Source of the DNA: an uncultured Mycoplasmatota bacterium
GTDB taxonomy: Bacteria > Bacillota_I > Bacilli_A > RF39 > UBA660
DNA: 36,970 bases
Direction: 5' to 3'
NCBI GenBank assembly: GCA_948437815.1
Contig: CAOJKG010000001.1
Coordinates: 1-36,970, forward strand
Below, one piece after another: positions 1 through 8,979 of the stretch (the first letter of the stretch is position 1; each line of letters begins with the position of its first letter). The translations under genes and the position numbers were made by a program. The notes under the pieces were generated by a model. It worked only from the letters and a program-made list of their open reading frames with translations, was not told the DNA's origin and did no database searches.

Positions 1-53
1 ATTGACACTTTTTGAAATAATTATCAAAAAAATATTTCTTTTTTACATTTTTA

Positions 54-62
54 TGTTATAAT
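54..62 (+). promoter_or_regulatory. Putative extended -10 element upstream of the surface-protein gene
   Basis: TGtTATAAT (TG 54-55, TATAAT 57-62) lies about 36 nt upstream of ATG 98. There is no convincing -35 hexamer, so this is a weak call in an AT-rich background. Confidence 0.3.
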
Positions 63-97
63 TGATACATAATAGTAATGATAGGGAGAGTAAAGAT

Positions 98-775
98 ATG
101 AAAAAATTAACTATAATCTTAAGTGTGATTGGATTATTACTTATGAGTATGCCAATGAATGCTAGTGCAGCTGCAACAAAACAAGTTTATAATAGTACTG
201 TAAGATACTATGGAACTTTAACCGTTATGGAATCTGAAGGTTGGGAAGATAAACCAGGTGGAGGCAAGTTTATTACTCAAGTTGCTTATGTTACAGAAAC
301 TGTTGGGGGATATGTTTATTTAGATATAGTACAAACTACTAATACTAAAATTGACAAAATATTACCTAGTGCAAGTTTTGAATTAATAAGTAATGAAGAT
401 ACTGCGACAGGAAAAAGAGTTTTATTAAAAGCTAAAGGAAACGTAAGTGGCAAAACGGAACTTCTTACTCTTACTGCTGATATAGTAGATCCTTCTTTAA
501 AAGAATGTAAAATTTCTTATAGTCCTCTTGGTGTAAGTTGTATTACTTTAGAAGATAAATCTGGAAATACTATATATTTAGATAAGAATGGAAATTCAAT
601 TACTAAAGAACAATATACTGAGGTTTGTGAAGGTGGAACCCCTACTGAACCAGATGTGCCTGATACTCCAAATACTGGTAATCCAATTCCTTATATTGCT
701 GTAGGTGGAGGCTTAGTTGCTCTTGCTGGCGTATATTTTTATAGTAGAAAATCTAATAAAATGTACAAAATTTAA
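98..775 (+). CDS. Secreted surface protein with an LPXTG-like (TPNTG) cell-wall sorting signal
   Basis: ORF 62..775 trimmed to ATG 98, which is preceded by the SD AGGGAGAG (84-90). The N-terminal signal peptide is MKKLTIILSVIGLLLMSMPMNASA. The C-terminus has TPNTG (nt 665-679), then the hydrophobic stretch PIPYIAVGGGLVALAGVYFY, then the basic tail SRKSNK. That is the tripartite layout of sortase substrates. Confidence 0.6.
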   Translation: MKKLTIILSVIGLLLMSMPMNASAAATKQVYNSTVRYYGTLTVMESEGWEDKPGGGKFITQVAYVTETVGGYVYLDIVQTTNTKIDKILPSASFELISNEDTATGKRVLLKAKGNVSGKTELLTLTADIVDPSLKECKISYSPLGVSCITLEDKSGNTIYLDKNGNSITKEQYTEVCEGGTPTEPDVPDTPNTGNPIPYIAVGGGLVALAGVYFYSRKSNKMYKI

Positions 776-785
776 TAAATAAAAC

Positions 786-811
786 AAATCACTATTCTGT
801 AGTGATTTTTT
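786..811 (+). terminator. Rho-independent terminator
   Basis: A 9-bp stem (AAATCACTA 786-794 paired with TAGTGATTT 800-808) with loop TTCTG runs into a T-tract ending at 811. Confidence 0.7.
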
Positions 812-867
812 ATTTGAACTATTTATTATTTTATGGTAATATTAAATTATTGAAGGAGAGATGTTTT

Positions 868-2796
868 ATGCGTGAATTTACAGAACAGGAGTTAGTTAGA
901 AGAGAAAAATTAACAAAATTTAAAGAATTAGGAATAGATCCTTTTGGTCATAAATATGATGTAAGTGATTTTTCTTGTGAAATAAAAGAAAAATACGCAG
1001 ATAAAACACATGAAGAATTAGAAGTATTAAATGAAGAGGTTAGTGTTGCTGGAAGAATAATGTTTATTAGAAAAATGGGCAAAGCTAGTTTCTTTTCAAT
1101 AAAGGATAAATTAGGTAATATTCAAGTTTATATTTCAATTAATGACATAGGTGAAGAAGCTTATACATTGTTTAAGTCTGCTGATATTGGTGATATTGTT
1201 GGTGTTCGTGGAACTGTTATGAAAACAGGTACTGGAGAAATTACAATAAAATGTTTGGAATATACTCATTTAGTTAAGTCTTTAAAACCATTGCCAGAAA
1301 AATATCATGGCTTAAGTGATGTTGAAGAACGTTATAGAAGACGTTATGTTGATTTAATAATGAATGATGAAGCTAGAAAAATTGCTTTTGCTAGACCTAA
1401 GATTATTCGCTCAATTCAAAATTATTTGGATAATTTAGGATATGTTGAAGTTGAAACACCTATTTTAGGTACTATTTTAGGTGGAGCAGCAGCACGTCCT
1501 TTTATAACACATCATAATGCACAAGACATTGATATGTATCTTAGAATTGCAACTGAACTTAATTTAAAAAGACTTTTAGTTGGGGGAATGGATGCTGTTT
1601 ATGAAATAGGTCGAATATTCAGAAACGAAGGTATGGATAAGAAACATAATCCAGAATTTACAACAATTGAACTTTATAAAGCATTTTCTGATTTAGAAGG
1701 AATGATGGATGTTGCAGAAGGAATTATGAGTACTTGTCAAATGGAAGTTAATGGGACATATGAACTTGATTATTTAGGACATCATATTAGTTTGGCTCCA
1801 GGTTTTAGAAGAGCTCATATGGTAGATTTGATTAAAGAAAAAACAGGTGTTGATTTCTTTAAAGTTACAAGTACTGAGGAAGCTAAGAAAATAGCTCAAG
1901 AACATAAAGTGCCAATTGAAGAACATTTTCTTTATGGGCATATTGTAAATGCTTTCTTTGAAGAATTTGTAGAGGATACAATTGTAGATCCAACTTTTGT
2001 TTACGGACATCCAGTAGAAATAAGTCCTCTTGCTAAAAAAGATCCTGCAGATCCAAGATTTACGCAAAGATTTGAATTGTTTGTTTTAGGCTGTGAATAT
2101 GCAAATGCTTTTACAGAGCTTAATGATCCGATCGATCAATATGAAAGATTTGAAAATCAATTAAAAGAAAAAGATCTTGGTAATGAGGAAGCTAATGATA
2201 TGGATATTGATTTTGTAGAAGCTTTAGAATATGGTATGCCTCCTGCAGGAGGAATGGGTATGGGAATCGATAGAATGATTATGTTGTTTACAGGAAGTGA
2301 AACAATTCGTGAAGTAATTCTGTTCCCAACTATGAAACCTTTAAAGTCTTTAAAATTAGAAAATAAATTAAATAAAGTAATTGATAAAGATGAAGCTGAA
2401 GTGAAAACAAATGAAAAAAATGATTTAGTTAATATAAAAATTGAACCATTATTTGAGGAATTAGTTGAATTTGATACATTTGCTAAATCAGATTATCGTG
2501 CTGTTAAGATTTTAGATTGTGAAATAGTTCCTAAATCCGAAAAGCTTTTAAAGTTTGTTTTGGATGATGGAACTCGTAAAGATCGTGTTATTTTAAGCGG
2601 TATTCGTGAATATTATGAACCTGAAAAATTAATAGGAAAAACAGCTATAGCTATTTTAAATTTGCCTCCTAAGAAAATGTTAGGAATAGACTCAGAAGGA
2701 ATGCTTATTTCAGCAGTACATGAGGTAGATGGCCATGAAGGTCTTAATTTACTTTTAGTAGATGATTCTATTCCAGCTGGAGCTAAATTATATTAA
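868..2796 (+). CDS. lysS: Lysine--tRNA ligase (class II) fused to a C-terminal Trbp111/EMAPII-type tRNA-binding domain
   Basis: ORF 802..2796 trimmed to ATG 868 after the SD AAGGAGAG (853-860). Class II motifs are present (FRNEGMD, GMGMGIDRMIM) along with an N-terminal OB-fold region. The last ~115 aa (EFDTFAKSDYRAVKILDCEIVPKSEKLLKFVLDDG...SGIREYYEPEKLIGK...NLPPKKMLGIDSEGMLISA) match the tRNA_bind domain found at the C-terminus of MetRS. Confidence 0.9.
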   Translation: MREFTEQELVRREKLTKFKELGIDPFGHKYDVSDFSCEIKEKYADKTHEELEVLNEEVSVAGRIMFIRKMGKASFFSIKDKLGNIQVYISINDIGEEAYTLFKSADIGDIVGVRGTVMKTGTGEITIKCLEYTHLVKSLKPLPEKYHGLSDVEERYRRRYVDLIMNDEARKIAFARPKIIRSIQNYLDNLGYVEVETPILGTILGGAAARPFITHHNAQDIDMYLRIATELNLKRLLVGGMDAVYEIGRIFRNEGMDKKHNPEFTTIELYKAFSDLEGMMDVAEGIMSTCQMEVNGTYELDYLGHHISLAPGFRRAHMVDLIKEKTGVDFFKVTSTEEAKKIAQEHKVPIEEHFLYGHIVNAFFEEFVEDTIVDPTFVYGHPVEISPLAKKDPADPRFTQRFELFVLGCEYANAFTELNDPIDQYERFENQLKEKDLGNEEANDMDIDFVEALEYGMPPAGGMGMGIDRMIMLFTGSETIREVILFPTMKPLKSLKLENKLNKVIDKDEAEVKTNEKNDLVNIKIEPLFEELVEFDTFAKSDYRAVKILDCEIVPKSEKLLKFVLDDGTRKDRVILSGIREYYEPEKLIGKTAIAILNLPPKKMLGIDSEGMLISAVHEVDGHEGLNLLLVDDSIPAGAKLY

Positions 2797-2816
2797 AATA
2801 TTATTTATTGTTATTG

Positions 2817-2840
2817 AAAGCCTTTTTTAGGCTTTTTTCT
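2817..2840 (+). terminator. Rho-independent terminator after lysS
   Basis: AAAGCCT (2817-2823) pairs with AGGCTTT (2829-2835) across loop TTTTT, followed by a T-run. Confidence 0.65.
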
Positions 2841-3009
2841 TTTTATATAAAAAGGTTGAAAATATTTTAAACATTAGCTATAAATTTACTTTATTCGACA
2901 TATTTAGTTTTTATTTTTATATTTTCACAGTATTTTCATAAAAAAGTAGTTGTTTTTACTTTTTTTTTAAAATATTTTGGGTTATAATTCTGATAGGAGG
3001 AGAATTAAT

Positions 3010-4434
3010 ATGAAAAAAGAAGAAAAAAAATATGGTTTACTTAAAGTGATTTTATTATTTGTTTTAGTAGCAATTTTCTTGACTTGGTTACTTCCTTATG
3101 GTCAATTTAATGGCTCGGATTATGTAGACGGAGGAGTTTTAGCAAGAATAGGAATGAGTAGTTTATCTGAGCTTGTTTATTATGCTTTTCAATTTGCTTT
3201 AGATAAGATAGTTATTTTACTCTTCATTGCAGGTTTCTATGGAGTTTTATGTAAAACTAAAGCATACGATGATATTACTTCAAGTATTGCAAAAAAGTTA
3301 AAAAATAAAAAAATTGCTGTTGTAGTATTTTCTATTATTTTAGCAGTTTTAGCAAGTGTGTTAACGCAGACTTTTGTTATTCTTATTTTTGTTCCATTTA
3401 TCGTATCTATTATGAATAAAATGAAACTTGATAAGATAACTATTATTGCTACTACATTTGGTTCAATGTTAGTTGGTGTACTTGGAGCTACTTATGGTAC
3501 TGAAGGATTAATGCTAATAGCAAAAGATAACTTTTTTACAGCAGAAGGGTTTGATCCTAATAAAACTGTTTTAATTAGAGCAGGTATACTTCTTATAAGT
3601 TTAGTTTTATTTAATTTCTTTATAATTTCTCATATGAGTAAAAAAGATAAAGAAAATGAAAATGCTGAAATGTTTCAAATTACAGAAGTAGATGAGAAGA
3701 AAAAAAGTTATGTTCCAATAATTGTTATCGGAATTTTACTAATAATTCTAGTTGTTTTAGGATTTGTTAATTGGAATAAACTAAATATTACTGTTTTTGA
3801 TAGTTTCCATAAGTTAATAACTGAAGATATTAAAATAGGTGAAGATTTTTATATTTTCAAAAGTATTTTAGGATCTAGTCTTAAAGCCTTTGGAAATTGG
3901 GATGTATTTACTATATCTTCAATATTATTTATTTTTACAATAATCATAGGTTTATGTTATCGTTTTAAATTTAATGATTTTGTTGTAGGATTTGCTGAAG
4001 GATGTAAAAAAGTTATTAAGCCATGTATAGTTTTGATGGGAGCTTATTTGGTGATGGGAGTAATTTATATGTCACCGTATTTACCATATATACTTAATAA
4101 AGTATTAAGCTTAACTGAGGGATTTAATGTAGCTACTTCAAGTTTAACTATGCTAATTAGTACTATATTCTGTCCTAATCTTGACTTTATAGGTTATTTA
4201 GGAATACTTAGTCATATGGCAGCAGAATATCCAAATTATATGAATGCTTTATATGTGATAATTTCATCAATTACAGGTTTAACAGCTATTTTTGCACCTA
4301 CAAGTTTAGTGCTAGTAGTAGGCTTAACTTCTCTTGATGTTAATTATAAAGATTGGTTAAAATTTATTTGGAAATTCTTAATTGGAATAGTTATTTGTTT
4401 ACTTGTAATTTTTATACTAATGACTATGATTTAA
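3010..4434 (+). CDS. Polytopic membrane transporter, YfcC/DcuC-like family
   Basis: ORF 2977..4434 trimmed to ATG 3010 after the SD AGGAGGAG. About 12 hydrophobic segments are visible. The N-terminus (LLKVILLFVLVAIFLTWLLPYGQF) resembles the characteristic YfcC-family start as I remember it. Confidence 0.5.
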   Translation: MKKEEKKYGLLKVILLFVLVAIFLTWLLPYGQFNGSDYVDGGVLARIGMSSLSELVYYAFQFALDKIVILLFIAGFYGVLCKTKAYDDITSSIAKKLKNKKIAVVVFSIILAVLASVLTQTFVILIFVPFIVSIMNKMKLDKITIIATTFGSMLVGVLGATYGTEGLMLIAKDNFFTAEGFDPNKTVLIRAGILLISLVLFNFFIISHMSKKDKENENAEMFQITEVDEKKKSYVPIIVIGILLIILVVLGFVNWNKLNITVFDSFHKLITEDIKIGEDFYIFKSILGSSLKAFGNWDVFTISSILFIFTIIIGLCYRFKFNDFVVGFAEGCKKVIKPCIVLMGAYLVMGVIYMSPYLPYILNKVLSLTEGFNVATSSLTMLISTIFCPNLDFIGYLGILSHMAAEYPNYMNALYVIISSITGLTAIFAPTSLVLVVGLTSLDVNYKDWLKFIWKFLIGIVICLLVIFILMTMI

Positions 4435-4458
4435 AGAGGCTATTAAAGCTTCTTTTTT
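4435..4458 (+). terminator. Rho-independent terminator after the permease gene
   Basis: AGAGGCT (4435-4441) pairs with AGCTTCT (4447-4453), including one G-U pair, across loop ATTAA. A T6 run follows. Confidence 0.55.
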
Positions 4459-4472
4459 GACGTTAAAAGACC

Positions 4473-4501
4473 TTGAAAAAGGCTAGTATCTATGCTATAA
4501 T
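4473..4501 (+). promoter_or_regulatory. Strong sigma-A type promoter of the Tad-like operon
   Basis: TTGAAA (4473-4478), a 17-nt spacer, then TATAAT (4496-4501) preceded by an extended -10 TG (4493-4494). It sits directly after a terminator and 25 nt upstream of ATG 4526. Confidence 0.7.
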
Positions 4502-4525
4502 TCTTGTTAGAGGTTGGTGTATACT

Positions 4526-5281
4526 ATGAAAAAATTTAAGTTGGTTGTAGTAACATTTATCGCAGGGCTGTTAGGGATGCCACTTGCATATGCTGAATGT
4601 GATGCAACAGAAACCAATAAGCTTAGCAGTTTAGCTAATAATGTTAAGGTTAGCCAAGAAATAATTCAAAAGGAGTTTGAACTTGGTGTTGGCGATAATC
4701 CTCCTGATGGATTAACAGAAGAGGAAATTAAAGATTATAAAATGAAAGTTGATTACTTTAAAATTTATATTAGTAATATAACAGAAGAAATATATGTAGT
4801 TGTTACTAATAATAATACAAAACAAACTAAAACTTTTAATTATAAAGATACTCAAAATGGTACTGCTTTTTTTGAAGAAGAGGTAGGTTCAGAAATAGTT
4901 AATTATACAATAGAGGTTCATGCTTCAGGTAAAACAAATTGTAATAGTAAAAAACTGAGAACTTTTTATTTAACTACACCAATGTATAATATCTTTAGTG
5001 AATCATCTTTATGCGAAGGCATAAAAGAATTCTATTTATGTCATGAATATTTATCAGTTAAAACAACATTTGATAAATTTGAAGAGTTGACTAATCAGTA
5101 TAGAGATGGAAAACTAAAAGCAGATGGCTCAATTAAAGATGATGATAAAAAAGATAATGGAATTATAGGGTTTATAAAAGAACATAAAGGAACTGTAATT
5201 GTTGCAACTTTAGTTATAATTACAATTGGGGGATTAGTAACAGTGATAATAGTAAAAAAGCAAAGGAGTAGAATAGTATGA
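4526..5281 (+). CDS. Exported type-I membrane-anchored protein, no recognised family (first gene of the Tad-like operon)
   Basis: ORF 4514..5281 trimmed to ATG 4526. The signal peptide is MKKFKLVVVTFIAGLLGMPLAYA, followed by ECD. The C-terminal TM segment is TVIVATLVIITIGGLVTVIIV, followed by the basic stop-transfer KKQRSR. The mature part has 4 Cys. Its stop codon overlaps the next start (ATGA at 5278-5281). Confidence 0.6.
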   Translation: MKKFKLVVVTFIAGLLGMPLAYAECDATETNKLSSLANNVKVSQEIIQKEFELGVGDNPPDGLTEEEIKDYKMKVDYFKIYISNITEEIYVVVTNNNTKQTKTFNYKDTQNGTAFFEEEVGSEIVNYTIEVHASGKTNCNSKKLRTFYLTTPMYNIFSESSLCEGIKEFYLCHEYLSVKTTFDKFEELTNQYRDGKLKADGSIKDDDKKDNGIIGFIKEHKGTVIVATLVIITIGGLVTVIIVKKQRSRIV

Positions 5282-8200
5282 AAAATGTTTTAAGAAATGC
5301 TAGTTTATTTATTATCGCAATTGCATTTACTTTTACTTTTACTTTAGATGTAAAAGCTGATGCTTGTGGAGATTTAGATAATAATCGTTGTAGAATAGGA
5401 ACTCGTGGAGCAATAAAAGTTGCAGGGAATGGTTTTAAATATCAACAACTTTCATCAGCTACATCGAATAATAGAGAATATGTTGGTAGAACATATTATA
5501 ATACGATAAATGTATCAGTAAATTTTAATAATAATCCAGGTAATTATTATTTTTCGCATTATAAAGATTCATATTCTTCATTGTTTTGCTTAGATGCTCA
5601 ATATGAGGGTGGCTCATCAGTTAATGCTGAAAGATTTTTATTAGATACAAGTGAAAGTAAAAAGGTTCAAGTATTCGATGCTGCAGTGATGAGTATATTG
5701 ACAGACGGTGGAGTGCATACTGGTGGTGCTGGAGATGCAACTTATTGGGCTAAATTAATGGCAATACGTGCTATGACTTATACATTTGGTTTTTATAATA
5801 CTGCTAATAAAGATTATCTTTCTGCATTTTATGCTGGTTTAACAGTAGCTCATAATTGGAATGAATTTTATGCTTCTGATGTAGCTGCAGTAAATGCTGA
5901 ACTTGCTAAAATTGGTGCAGGATCTATCGGAAGTGTTCCACTATATAGATCTTATAATTATACAGGTGATCCTGTTAATAGTGGTGCAGGTTATTACGTT
6001 AGAGGACTTGCAGCAGCAGCAGAATATGCAAGAAAATTGGCTTCTCAACCTAAAGTTGAAGTAAGTAATCCTCAAGCTGGAGAAGTAGAAACTTCAGGAG
6101 AAGAGGGAGACGTTTTTGTAAAAAAAGATGTAGTACATACTCTTAAATTAAGTGGTTTTACAGAACAAAATAAATTTATTATAAATTCAAATGATAATTA
6201 TGGAATTAAGTTTGCTGAAGGAACTCAATATGATGGACTAACAGCTTATATTTCTCAAATTGAAATTTCAGGAGGGCCAGTATTATCTAAGGATCAAATA
6301 CCTTATGGTCAGGACTTTGTTGAACTTGGTTATATTAAAGAAAATCAAGATGTTGAAATCAAAATTACTGTTCATTTTGAAGGTTGGAAGTCTTCAACTA
6401 ATTCAAATATAGTAACTTTGAAATGCGGACAAACTCCAATTAAGTATTCTATTGATGGATCTTATGGTACTGGGATGGATGAACAATTTGGTGAGTACAT
6501 CGGAACAGTTTGGTATGCTGGTAAAAAAGAAAAACAAAGATACGTTGGTGTAGAAAGAGTTAGCGAAAGAAGAGAAGATGATGCTGGTACACCATGGGAA
6601 AGTCCTTATGAAACAAACTTAATTGACGCTTGTAGTTGTGATGATTTGGAAGAAGCATGTAAAGCTACTCATAATCCCAATAGTGATGAATGTATTGAAT
6701 TAAAAGAATCTAACTGTGGTATGTGTTCATGGTATGATGTTTTATGTGAATTTGGAGATGAAGAATCTTGTGAAAATTATACTACGCAATGTGATCTAAA
6801 GTGTGATACGTATTTTAAAACTTTTGAATGCTGTGATGAACGTGGGGAATTGATTGTTTCAACCTTAGATGATCATGAAGTTAGTATTTTGGGTCCAGGC
6901 GAAGATAATCCTGATGCTCCAAGTGTAAAAGCTTGTTTTGTTACTGCTGTTGATAATATGGCAAGGGTTTCAGAAGATAGTGATGAGAAAAATAACGCTG
7001 GAGTTGAAGGGGTAAAAGATCAAAAAGATAATACTTATACTTTAGCTGATATGAAATCAAATAGTTATTGTACAGTTTCATGTAAAGAAGATTATATTAT
7101 GACAATGCCTACAGCAAAATTAGTAAATGCTGGTAGATACTTTACATTTAAAGCAAAAGTAGAGGGTACTAAGGCTTGTTATACTAATACGATAGATAGA
7201 GAAAAATATAATAAGGATATTGTTGAAAAACAAAAAGCAATATATGAAGCCTACAATGGTTGGATAAGATATCAGACAGCTTTAGAATCAAATCCTCATA
7301 ATTTGCCTACTGTTACAGAATGTGGTAGTTGTCATGCGTGGTGTCATGGTTCAAGTTGTGATAGTCAAATAACTTATATACCAGGAGCTACAACAGATCA
7401 GTTTTCTTATACAGCTTATTACCCTGAATTTAGCGAGGGAAGGAATGGGTCAGGCCAAACTTTAAGATTAAATCCAACTACAGAATATGGCCCAGAAAGT
7501 GATACTACACAAACACATACAGAAAGCGATGTAGCTAATTGTACTAAAACTTGTTCTAATGGCAATGGAGGTACAACAACATGTCCGTGTGAGCATTCGT
7601 GTAGTTATACTGTTGTTGATGAGGAACGAGATGTTGGCTATTTAATAAAAAGGTTGACAGATCTTAGAGATGGTTACAAGAATGCTCTAGATGCTGCTAT
7701 TGAAGATTATAATCAGACTATAAAGGAATTTAATCAATGTTCAAAATGGGATTCAGAAATTAATTATGATCCTGAAGTTTATTATGATTATTCAGAAACT
7801 GATTATATGAATATGTTAAATAATCATATTGGTGAAATGGAAAAAGATGTACAGACATCTTCAACAAATGATTGGTATTGTAATGGAACTACTACATTAA
7901 ATAATTTTAAATTTGGTCAATTATCAGATCAAAATTATGAACAATGTAATAATTCAAATACTTCTTATGTAGAACCAAAAATGCAATATGTTATGTGTTC
8001 TAGCAGTAAACGCGAATGCTATTTTGATCCTAACTCTTATGTTTCAGAAGCGTCATATAAAAAGGTTACTTCTAAAGTAGTAGCTAATTATAGACCAGCA
8101 ACATTATTCTATAATGCTTATCCGACTGGTGAAATAACTACTAGTAAGGCTGATGACAATGTAGCTTTAGAAAATAAATTACCTGTTGCATTAAATAGAG

Positions 8201-8961
8201 AACGTGGAATTTATAAATATCAAGTTAAAATGGAGAAATTAGGAGAATTTTATGATCAAGCTCCTAGTGACAATTTGGGGCGTTATGTAGGTTCTAGTAC
8301 AGCAGTTGTTGATCCAACAGTTCTGGATTATAATTGTTCTTATTTAGTTAATATAACTAAAACAACTGGTTGGGTATGTGATTTCGATGATGATTGTGAT
8401 GATGACTGTATTGCTAATTGCATAGGACCTAATTGTGATGATTACTGTGATGGTAATGATTGTGTAGCAGATTGTATTGGACTAGGATGTATATATGATT
8501 CAGGTGCTGGAACATCATTATTAGAAAAAGTAGTTTCGTTAAATAGTTTATTTCCAAATGGAACTGATTCTTATAACTGGGATGAAAGAAGAAATGATAA
8601 AGCACGTTTAACTGTATCTGAAATTGAAGGAAAAGGAAATTCTGTATATGATGAAGAACCTATATTAAGTATAACGCTTACTCCTTCAAGTGCTAGAGAA
8701 ATAAAGAAATATAATAATAGTGTTATCAATGATGGTGGATATTCAAATAAAACTGTTTCTTGTGAAAATCGTGATGGATTTGAGCAAATAGTTTGTTATA
8801 GTTCATTTATTGATGATTTACTCGCTGGTGAATTTGGTGATGTAGTTAATGATAACAGCTTAATTGCTGAAGAAAGTTATCGTCATGGATCTTCTGGATA
8901 CTTTGAACTATGGGGTAATGCAGTATCTGAAGATAACATGATTGGTCCAGCTTGGAAGTAG
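5278..8961 (+). CDS. Giant (1227 aa) secreted cysteine-rich protein, no recognised family
   Basis: A long uninterrupted ORF with a signal peptide (MKNVLRNASLFIIAIAFTFTFTLDVKA). I hand-count about 46 Cys, clustered at nt 6631-6834, 7321-7359, 7540-7602 and 8377-8490. There is no LPXTG motif and no C-terminal TM segment. Confidence 0.75.
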   Translation: MKNVLRNASLFIIAIAFTFTFTLDVKADACGDLDNNRCRIGTRGAIKVAGNGFKYQQLSSATSNNREYVGRTYYNTINVSVNFNNNPGNYYFSHYKDSYSSLFCLDAQYEGGSSVNAERFLLDTSESKKVQVFDAAVMSILTDGGVHTGGAGDATYWAKLMAIRAMTYTFGFYNTANKDYLSAFYAGLTVAHNWNEFYASDVAAVNAELAKIGAGSIGSVPLYRSYNYTGDPVNSGAGYYVRGLAAAAEYARKLASQPKVEVSNPQAGEVETSGEEGDVFVKKDVVHTLKLSGFTEQNKFIINSNDNYGIKFAEGTQYDGLTAYISQIEISGGPVLSKDQIPYGQDFVELGYIKENQDVEIKITVHFEGWKSSTNSNIVTLKCGQTPIKYSIDGSYGTGMDEQFGEYIGTVWYAGKKEKQRYVGVERVSERREDDAGTPWESPYETNLIDACSCDDLEEACKATHNPNSDECIELKESNCGMCSWYDVLCEFGDEESCENYTTQCDLKCDTYFKTFECCDERGELIVSTLDDHEVSILGPGEDNPDAPSVKACFVTAVDNMARVSEDSDEKNNAGVEGVKDQKDNTYTLADMKSNSYCTVSCKEDYIMTMPTAKLVNAGRYFTFKAKVEGTKACYTNTIDREKYNKDIVEKQKAIYEAYNGWIRYQTALESNPHNLPTVTECGSCHAWCHGSSCDSQITYIPGATTDQFSYTAYYPEFSEGRNGSGQTLRLNPTTEYGPESDTTQTHTESDVANCTKTCSNGNGGTTTCPCEHSCSYTVVDEERDVGYLIKRLTDLRDGYKNALDAAIEDYNQTIKEFNQCSKWDSEINYDPEVYYDYSETDYMNMLNNHIGEMEKDVQTSSTNDWYCNGTTTLNNFKFGQLSDQNYEQCNNSNTSYVEPKMQYVMCSSSKRECYFDPNSYVSEASYKKVTSKVVANYRPATLFYNAYPTGEITTSKADDNVALENKLPVALNRERGIYKYQVKMEKLGEFYDQAPSDNLGRYVGSSTAVVDPTVLDYNCSYLVNITKTTGWVCDFDDDCDDDCIANCIGPNCDDYCDGNDCVADCIGLGCIYDSGAGTSLLEKVVSLNSLFPNGTDSYNWDERRNDKARLTVSEIEGKGNSVYDEEPILSITLTPSSAREIKKYNNSVINDGGYSNKTVSCENRDGFEQIVCYSSFIDDLLAGEFGDVVNDNSLIAEESYRHGSSGYFELWGNAVSEDNMIGPAWK

Positions 8962-8979
8962 TTAGAGGAGGATAGAGAA

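Noticed and set aside
1774-2067. Antisense or alternate-frame ORFs in the ORF track: 1774-2067(-), 8846-9028(-), 9223-9426(-), 10677-10859(-), 13124-13402(-), 14966-15220(-), 20381-20563(+), 20709-20948(-), 22961-23191(+), 24978-25187(-), 25569-25907(-).
   Set aside because: All lie inside or opposite much longer ORFs that have clear family signatures. They lack SD sequences and have low-complexity Leu/Phe/Ile-rich translations, typical of shadow ORFs in AT-rich or purine-skewed genes.
2941-2964. AT-only hairpins followed by T-runs (AAAAAGTA/TACTTTTT at 2941-2964, and CTTTTTTT/AAAAAAAG around 26231-26248), considered as attenuators or terminators.
   Set aside because: The stems have at most one G-C pair and would be very unstable. 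Such structures arise by chance in AT-rich spacers.
5584-5595. An FCLD motif in the N-terminal part of the giant protein resembles the [YFL]-C-hydrophobic-[DNEQ] cysteine motif of thioester (TED) adhesin domains.
   Set aside because: I could not find the partner Gln motif (hydrophobic-Q-x-hydrophobic-x-W, for example TQxAIW) downstream. The nearest look-alike (DATYWAKL) has no Gln. There is not enough evidence to call a thioester domain.
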